The translations under genes and the position numbers were made by a program. DNA of 32,000 bases, from NCBI GenBank assembly GCA_016933055.1, contig JAFGBS010000034.1, forward strand, positions 30,001-62,000, written 5' to 3'. This DNA is from Promethearchaeota archaeon (lineage in GTDB: Archaea; Asgardarchaeota; Lokiarchaeia; Sigyniarchaeales; Promethearchaeaceae). Numbering within the stretch: the first letter of the stretch is position 1; each line of letters starts with the position of its first letter. Below, in pieces: positions 1-5,968 of this stretch. Below the pieces are notes generated by a model, which did no database searches, was not told the DNA's origin, and was given only the letters and a program-made list of their open reading frames with translations.

Positions 1-2
1 GA

Positions 3-1160
3 ATACTTCCATTTCCCGAGTTAAATTATATTGGATTAACCTATTTTTTTCTTATACCCGATGAACTGGCGCGAGGGAAATCGAAGGCAGCAACTGCAAC
101 TCTGGTATTAAAAGAAACAGATGACCATTTCCTTTATAATAATATCCACATACTTCGCATTTTATTTGATAATGCTAGGTTAACCCTAAGAAAAAACCAC
201 GAACTATCAACCATTAAAGAAACCATTGAGGACCTACGACAAAATATACTAAAAATATGGGATTATAATCAAAAGAATTCTAATTCAAACCAATTGAAAA
301 TTGTATGCACCGGATTAGATAATGCGGGGAAAACAAGTTATATCGAGATAATTAATTCTGAATTTTCAGAATTGTTGAATGTTGCCCCAAATGAGCAAAA
401 CTCAAAACATACAGTTTCCCTCATTAAATGGGATTATAAACCAAAGGAAAAATATCATAAATCGTACTTCGAAAATGCGAATTTATATCTATATAACGTT
501 GACGTGTTGATGTATCTTATTGATGCTCAAAATCCTGACAGATTTGAGGAATCCATGGATCTTTTAAGTAGAATTTTCCATACTCTAGATAAATTAAAGG
601 TCCATCCTGAAATCCAAATAATTCTGCATAAATTTGATCCAAATATTAATTCTTCCATCAGCAGCAAGATTAACCAATTCAAGAGAACGATATCACAGAT
701 TCATTCGAATTGGTCCTTACAATTTTTTTACACATCAAAATATGATTCTAATTCGATTAAAAAGAGTTTTATTCATGCAATATCTATTTTTACTTCTGAA
801 AAGGAACCGTTTTCATCATTAATCCAGCGATTCGTGCGAAAAGTAGATGGTCATTCCGGTACATTTTTAACGCAATATGGTTTGGTGTTGGGTAAATATA
901 GTAAAACTTCTGAATGGGAGCATTTAACTTGGAATTTAAAAGATGATTTATTCAATATGTTTCAACATAGTGAAGATTTACAAATTCCCTATCTAAAGAT
1001 CCAATTTAATGGTATTACCCTATATTATTATAAAATCCAAATCAATTCTCATGAATTCCATCTAGTATTTGACTCCCCAAAGGATAGGAAAAAAATAAGA
1101 AAAAATATCGATCTTTTCATTACCCAAACCACTCCTCTTGTCCAAGACAATCTAGATTAA
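3..1160 (+). CDS. 5'-truncated multi-domain Arf/Rag-like small GTPase: N-terminal longin/uDENN-like segment, GTPase domain, C-terminal roadblock-like segment
   Basis: The frame of ORF 294..1160 has no stop back to position 3 (ILPFPELNYIGLTYFFLIPDELARGKSKAATATLVLKE...NSNQ-LKIVCT), so TTG at 294 is internal. Motifs: G1 GLDNAGKT, G4 HKFD, G5 TSKYD. The C-terminal FSSLIQRFVRKVDGHSGTFLTQYGLVLG fits a roadblock helix/hairpin pattern. Confidence 0.8.
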   Translation: MLPFPELNYIGLTYFFLIPDELARGKSKAATATLVLKETDDHFLYNNIHILRILFDNARLTLRKNHELSTIKETIEDLRQNILKIWDYNQKNSNSNQLKIVCTGLDNAGKTSYIEIINSEFSELLNVAPNEQNSKHTVSLIKWDYKPKEKYHKSYFENANLYLYNVDVLMYLIDAQNPDRFEESMDLLSRIFHTLDKLKVHPEIQIILHKFDPNINSSISSKINQFKRTISQIHSNWSLQFFYTSKYDSNSIKKSFIHAISIFTSEKEPFSSLIQRFVRKVDGHSGTFLTQYGLVLGKYSKTSEWEHLTWNLKDDLFNMFQHSEDLQIPYLKIQFNGITLYYYKIQINSHEFHLVFDSPKDRKKIRKNIDLFITQTTPLVQDNLD

Positions 1161-2416
1161 TCCTTTTTTTTAGACCGTTTGTGAATCATTCCAGTACTTA
1201 AAAGTGCTATAATTATTGAACACGCAACAATGAATGTCCCAGTGTGAAAAGGAATTGATTGAGGGGTTTTATAGTCTACTTCGAGATATGTAATATCTAT
1301 GGAGAGCGACCATCTGATATCGTTTGGATTCGAGGTTTTTATATATGGTATAAACCCCCACTCGACAACCGAGCCCTCTATCGATGGTTGAACTCCTCCC
1401 CCTAAATTTTCTCCAATGCAGACAGGAAGATGGATATAATCCATATAATTCCTATATTTTGGATTAGTCTGGGACCATGTTGGATCCATACTAATAAATC
1501 CATACCCCGGAATATAATATTCTACCCAAGCATGGCCTGGGATCGTGCCTATAGTTTCTCCGGAGGAAGTAGTTCCATAGTAGTAGGAAATTTGATATCC
1601 TGCTTCTTTTTTGGTAGCAAGGTAACCATCATCCATAATGACTAACCCGACAACTTTCCGAGCAGGGATTCCTTGGATTCGTAATAGTGTGGTAAATAAA
1701 GTTGAAAAATCACTGCAATCCCCTAATTTCAAAAGATAGGTTAAATAAGCTCCTCTAGAAACCGTTGCATCTTCATCATATTCAATATTTTTCGTAATCC
1801 AATCTAAAATTGCATCCACCTTATCAATAATCGAATTTTTGCCCTCGCAGAGACTGTTCGACAAACTAATTAAACTGGGGTTTTCCACTTGTAGATTATT
1901 CTCCGCCCCAGTTAGATTCTGATAGAGAGGATCAGTAGTATCATAAACCCCTTCATTTCTTTCTCTCAGTTTCCACAAGGTTTCTTTTAATGTAATCTCA
2001 TAACTGATGTTATACACCAGTTCGGAATCCGAATTTAGAGTACCAGCAACGTATTCCATCGTGTTATTAAAATCATCTTGAGGATCATAGAAATAGGTTG
2101 CAGAGGGATCGCAAGAATTGCTCAATATTTTCACTGACTGAAGAGGTGCAACACCTGTCATATATGGATGCGTATGATTGGAAAATCTATGAATCCACAT
2201 TTTAACACTATTTGCATCACTTCTTGACCACATTTTCCACTCATAATTCATTTGAATTTTTATTGTACTCCACTGGGAATATCCAGAAGATGGGGTTGAG
2301 AAAGAAACAGGATCTATTCCAAAAACAGGATTTATCGTTGAACTATATACCAAAATGAATAAAAATGATGTGTATAAAAAACATAGTTTTTGTTTTCGAT
2401 TGTGAAAAAGTCTCAT
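1157..2416 (-). CDS. Secreted, C-terminally membrane-anchored transglutaminase-like (TGc) domain protein
   Basis: Cys-His-Asp triad motifs GDCSDFSTLFTTLLRIQGIPAR, GHAWVEYY and SMDPTW. Basic plus hydrophobic N-terminal signal. C-terminal TM helix followed by KRSKKKD. Confidence 0.88.
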   Translation of the reverse strand: MRLFHNRKQKLCFLYTSFLFILVYSSTINPVFGIDPVSFSTPSSGYSQWSTIKIQMNYEWKMWSRSDANSVKMWIHRFSNHTHPYMTGVAPLQSVKILSNSCDPSATYFYDPQDDFNNTMEYVAGTLNSDSELVYNISYEITLKETLWKLRERNEGVYDTTDPLYQNLTGAENNLQVENPSLISLSNSLCEGKNSIIDKVDAILDWITKNIEYDEDATVSRGAYLTYLLKLGDCSDFSTLFTTLLRIQGIPARKVVGLVIMDDGYLATKKEAGYQISYYYGTTSSGETIGTIPGHAWVEYYIPGYGFISMDPTWSQTNPKYRNYMDYIHLPVCIGENLGGGVQPSIEGSVVEWGFIPYIKTSNPNDIRWSLSIDITYLEVDYKTPQSIPFHTGTFIVACSIIIALLSTGMIHKRSKKKD

Positions 2417-2487
2417 CTAATTTCTATAAAAATTGTTTGCTTAAATCTTTAAGTTTAATCCCTTAATACAAAAATAACATTTAATCG

Positions 2488-3141
2488 ATGATAACTTTGA
2501 TTTATTCAATCATACTTGTAGACGCTGATTCCGGGATTTTGTTATTGGAAAAGAAATTAAAAATTCAAAAGGAAAACAATGTCCCCGCAGATGCGTTGGC
2601 AAATTTTTTTGGGGAACTGAACAACATGATTGATGATATTCAAAAGTCTATGAAAAAGGGGCAAGACCTTACACAAAAAACTCGAGTTGTTGCGAGTGAG
2701 AACTCATCGATCACATTACATTTTCAACCTAATGCACGGATATTGATCTGTGCGATTTCTGATCCCGATGATGATACAGAAAAGATTACGAATAATTTGA
2801 AAATTGTGGGAAAACGATTTTGGTTAAAACATAAAACAGATCTGGAAATCTTCCGGAAGGAAAACTTACGAGATATTTTCAATCCCTTTGGGGTGGATAT
2901 TGAAACAATTACCTTAGGTGGTAAAATTGGGGAGAAATTTCCAAAATTACTTATTGCTGAACCAGCTCTTGAGCGAATAAAAATGATGGGAATTATTAAT
3001 CACAATGAATATAATGTAGCAAATATGTGTGATGGAAAAACTTCTGCATTCAAAATCGCTAAAAATTTGAATATCAGTTCAGATGAAGCAAAAAAAATAT
3101 TGAACAAATTAGATGAATTGGATGTTGTAAAAGTCCCGTAA
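2488..3141 (+). CDS. Longin-like domain protein with C-terminal winged helix-turn-helix
   Basis: N-terminal IYSIILVDADSGILLLEK hairpin, helix LANFFGELNNMI, strands ITLHF/ILICAISD and helix EKITNNLKIVGKRF follow the longin topology. C-terminal CDGKTSAFKIAKNLNISSDEAKKILNKL is a wHTH pattern. Confidence 0.7.
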   Translation: MITLIYSIILVDADSGILLLEKKLKIQKENNVPADALANFFGELNNMIDDIQKSMKKGQDLTQKTRVVASENSSITLHFQPNARILICAISDPDDDTEKITNNLKIVGKRFWLKHKTDLEIFRKENLRDIFNPFGVDIETITLGGKIGEKFPKLLIAEPALERIKMMGIINHNEYNVANMCDGKTSAFKIAKNLNISSDEAKKILNKLDELDVVKVP

Positions 3142-4086
3142 TCACGGATTCAATTCACTCTTCTTTTTAGCTAGCCACTCTTTATACACACTAGATTCTT
3201 TTCCTCGCCAAATTGCATTTTTTCCAGTCTCCTCGTTGTACAATTTATGAAGGTCTTCCGTGGATAAAGTTTCAATCGGTTTGGATGAATCTTTTGGTTT
3301 GGTTTCTGTTTTTTCCTTAGGTACTTCTTCAGTTTTCGATTTAGTTTTTTCTTTTAGTCTCTCTTTTTCCGATTCATCTATTCCAAGGGCTTTCTTCTTT
3401 TTAGCTAACCATTTCTTATACACACCGGATTCTTTTCCTCGCCAGATTGCATCTTTCCCGGTTTCTTCTGTGTACATTTTATGAAAATCTTCTGTGGAGA
3501 ATTTCTTTGAACTTGGTTCCTCCTTCATTGGAAGTTTTTCTTCAACTTTTGGTTTCGTCTTCGCAAGCTTCTCAGTTTGTAGAGGTTCTGCTTTCTCCTT
3601 TTCGATCTTTGTTTCTGGTGTTTTTTCAGCAGGTTTAGGTGCGGGTTTAGCTTTTTTAGGTTCAGGTATTTTTTCAGCAGGTTTAGGTGCAGGTTCAGCT
3701 TTTTTAGGTTCAGGTATTTTTTCAGCAGGTTTAGGTGCGGGTTTAGCTTTTTTAGGTTCAGGTTGTTTTGTTTCAGGTTTTGGAAGATCTTTTTCTTGTC
3801 CTTGTTTCTTCGGTTTAGTGGGTTTTGTTTTCTTCTGTTTTGTTATTTTAGCTTTTTCTGTTTCCTTTGCACGTTCAACTTGTCTAGTCAGATCATATTT
3901 TTCCATTAGATATTCAATATTCTGTTCATATTCTGACTTTCGACGTAAATCTACGGGTATTCCCAAACTTCGTGCTTCTCCAATATTTAATCCCACAGCT
4001 TTTATTTCCTTTAAAGAGTAACCGTGTCCGGGTCGGTAGCTTTTGGTCCGTGCTTTTTGAACGAGAATGTTCTTATGTTTAACCAT
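3142..4086 (-). CDS. rpl13e: 50S ribosomal protein eL13 (L13e) with long Lys/Glu/Pro-rich C-terminal extension
   Basis: N-terminal RPGHGYSLKEIKAVGLNIGEARSLGIPVDLRRKSEYEQNIEYL matches the archaeal L13e signature. ATG at 4086 is preferred because the track's GTG start at 4095 lies within an SD-like AAGTGAT. Confidence 0.85.
   Translation of the reverse strand: MVKHKNILVQKARTKSYRPGHGYSLKEIKAVGLNIGEARSLGIPVDLRRKSEYEQNIEYLMEKYDLTRQVERAKETEKAKITKQKKTKPTKPKKQGQEKDLPKPETKQPEPKKAKPAPKPAEKIPEPKKAEPAPKPAEKIPEPKKAKPAPKPAEKTPETKIEKEKAEPLQTEKLAKTKPKVEEKLPMKEEPSSKKFSTEDFHKMYTEETGKDAIWRGKESGVYKKWLAKKKKALGIDESEKERLKEKTKSKTEEVPKEKTETKPKDSSKPIETLSTEDLHKLYNEETGKNAIWRGKESSVYKEWLAKKKSELNP
3160..3498 (-). repeat. 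Two dispersed copies of a 35-aa motif within the eL13 tail (3394..3498 and 3160..3264)
   Basis: STEDFHKMYTEETGKDAIWRGKESGVYKKWLAKKK vs STEDLHKLYNEETGKNAIWRGKESSVYKEWLAKKK: 29 of 35 residues identical. Confidence 0.95.
3621..3763 (-). repeat. In-frame 48-bp tandem repeat, 3 copies (PEPKKA[K/E]PAPKPAEK[I/T])
   Basis: Unit ttttttcagcaggtttaggtgc(g/a)ggtt(t/c)agcttttttaggttcaggt(a/t) starts at 3621, 3669 and 3717. Confidence 0.97.
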
Positions 4087-4195
4087 TGGTATCACTTATT
4101 CTGCAATACGTTTTTGAATATGAGCTTCTATATCAATTTTTTGGGATTTCTCAGATTGAAATATATTTACCTTCTTGTGACTAACCTAATGTATA

Positions 4196-4693
4196 ATGGA
4201 ACACTCTTACTGGATATTTCGATCACCAGAACACAATGTCTCAATTGAAAAAGTTCCCATTTATTTTCAGCAAGTGGATTTACAAGGGGATTCTAAAGCG
4301 GGTAAAGTTATATTCGAGTCATATAACCAAATGGAAGAAATATTTGGCCCTGATGCCATCATAGAAGTATATTGGGAAACCATCGATCGTTCTATATTTC
4401 ATCAAGGTAACAGAGTTCAACAATCTTTTGATATGTATAATGCCATTGAAGTCAATATCACTAAGAAAGAAACCAGATGGAATCGATCTCACGAAAATTC
4501 CTATTGGTACGGCACAAGAAAGCAAATAATACAGAAACGATTTTATACTTCCAAACACATTCACTGTATTGTGTTATGCGACCTAACCGACCGTGTTTTT
4601 GAAATACATGCGAAAATTATTGCAAATCTGTATCCTAATTATGAAAACCTAGTACAAGAGACCATTGCGTCTCTTTTATGCCATGAAGTTTAA
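4196..4693 (+). CDS. Hypothetical soluble protein (165 aa)
   Basis: Fills the gap between eL13 and the methyltransferase with protein-like composition. No family recognised; Cys/His cluster in the C-terminal third. Confidence 0.7.
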   Translation: MEHSYWIFRSPEHNVSIEKVPIYFQQVDLQGDSKAGKVIFESYNQMEEIFGPDAIIEVYWETIDRSIFHQGNRVQQSFDMYNAIEVNITKKETRWNRSHENSYWYGTRKQIIQKRFYTSKHIHCIVLCDLTDRVFEIHAKIIANLYPNYENLVQETIASLLCHEV

Positions 4694-4702
4694 AAAACGT
4701 CA

Positions 4703-5440
4703 TCATTTAAGACTCATCAACAAGAAATAATTGATTCCAGCGTTCTTACCCATATTCTGGACATTAAGTTGTATAACATGAAAAAACTCCTCGAAGATTT
4801 TTAATTCATTGAATGAGTAGAGATGATAAATTCGGGGTTTTCTTTCTATCCGATTGGATTTTGTAATAACCGTCCAAGGTACTAATACATTATTTTCCCC
4901 TAGTTGGAATCTTTCATGAGCTGAACAACTATCCACAATCGTTTTGTGTGATATTCTTCTGTGATAATTTGTTCTTTTTAGAACATTTTCGTTCTTTCCT
5001 TTATAGGCACCCCACAAAGATAGGATCATTATTCCATCGGGTGCTATAATTTTCGTAATTTTCCGCATAACATTCCGTAATTGGTATTTATATAAAATAT
5101 GATGAAATACTGCTACTGATACAATAATTTGAAGGCTTTTGTCTCGGAAAGGGAGTAAATTTACATCGCATGCAACCCAATTATGTATTTTATGAACATC
5201 TTTTCGATCCCGCGCAATCCGTAATAATTGATACGAAATATCTGTTCCAATATATTTATTCCAGAATTCTGTTAAAACTGGCAAATGTCGACCATTACCC
5301 GTTCCCAAATCGCAACATATACCCTTATTAATGCTCCTTTGCACCAAATCAGTGTTTTTAATCGTTTGTACAAAATTAACGAAAGCATCCCAAGGTTTCC
5401 ATCTTTTATTGGAGAAATCTTCCGCAAATTCATCGTACAT
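4703..5440 (-). CDS. Class I SAM-dependent methyltransferase, Trm9/ALKBH8-like (putative tRNA wobble-uridine methyltransferase)
   Basis: Motif I DLGTGNGRH, IGTDIS, VACDVNLLPF, SVAVFHH. Trm9-like elements: N-terminal YDEFAEDFSNKRWKPW, VLVPW, RIYHLYSFNEL. Confidence 0.75.
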   Translation of the reverse strand: MYDEFAEDFSNKRWKPWDAFVNFVQTIKNTDLVQRSINKGICCDLGTGNGRHLPVLTEFWNKYIGTDISYQLLRIARDRKDVHKIHNWVACDVNLLPFRDKSLQIIVSVAVFHHILYKYQLRNVMRKITKIIAPDGIMILSLWGAYKGKNENVLKRTNYHRRISHKTIVDSCSAHERFQLGENNVLVPWTVITKSNRIERKPRIYHLYSFNELKIFEEFFHVIQLNVQNMGKNAGINYFLLMSLK

Positions 5441-5463
5441 TCTATCGATTAGATATAATACGA

Positions 5464-5476
5464 TTTATATAAAAAT
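5464..5476 (-). promoter_or_regulatory. Probable TATA box of the methyltransferase gene (leaderless-type spacing)
   Basis: Minus-strand TTTTTATATAAA lies about 25-35 nt upstream of ATG 5440; an in-frame stop at 5465-5467 excludes an earlier start. Confidence 0.45.
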
Positions 5477-5968
5477 TGTGGTTGATTGAATAAACTTCAT
5501 TGATTTCTTAAGAGGTATATGGATTTTGAAGTGATTTTTTTCTTTTAATATAAAGAACATTTTAGACTTTCATGAAGAAAACGTCATCTGATTATTCTTC
5601 ATGAGTTGGTTTTGATTAAAAGAATTTAGAAGCAAGTCAGAACATGATACCAGATGACCCGATTACGTAAGTTCTAATACCAATGCAAAATGAAGCAACA
5701 ATTCTTTACCCATATAATGCATACATTAATCCTTATAGAAAATTTACTATAAGCTTACTACATATATATTAATCCCACTATTACATAATAGGTTTTAATA
5801 GTGTTATAAGCTATAATTCATTTGGAATTAACAAACACAAAGAACTATCATAGGTTATAAGGGGCGCTGAAAATTAGGATCCACGACAAGACCGCTGAAA
5901 TATTTATCGCTCACTTTCCTACATTAGGGGAGAGAATCCATAATCGAATCTATTTATACTTAGAAGAG

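Noticed and set aside
294-296. TTG as start of the GTPase
   Set aside because: The frame is open to the window edge, the upstream translation is protein-like, and there is no promoter space.
3260-4021. Plus-strand ORFs 3260..3484, 3447..3638 and 3494..4021
   Set aside because: Antisense shadows of the low-complexity eL13 tail.
5570-5660. Possible C/D-box sRNA or SECIS (ATGAAGA...CTGA; ATGA hairpin)
   Set aside because: No second C'/D pair, not in a 3' UTR, and no in-frame TGA selenoprotein candidate in the window.
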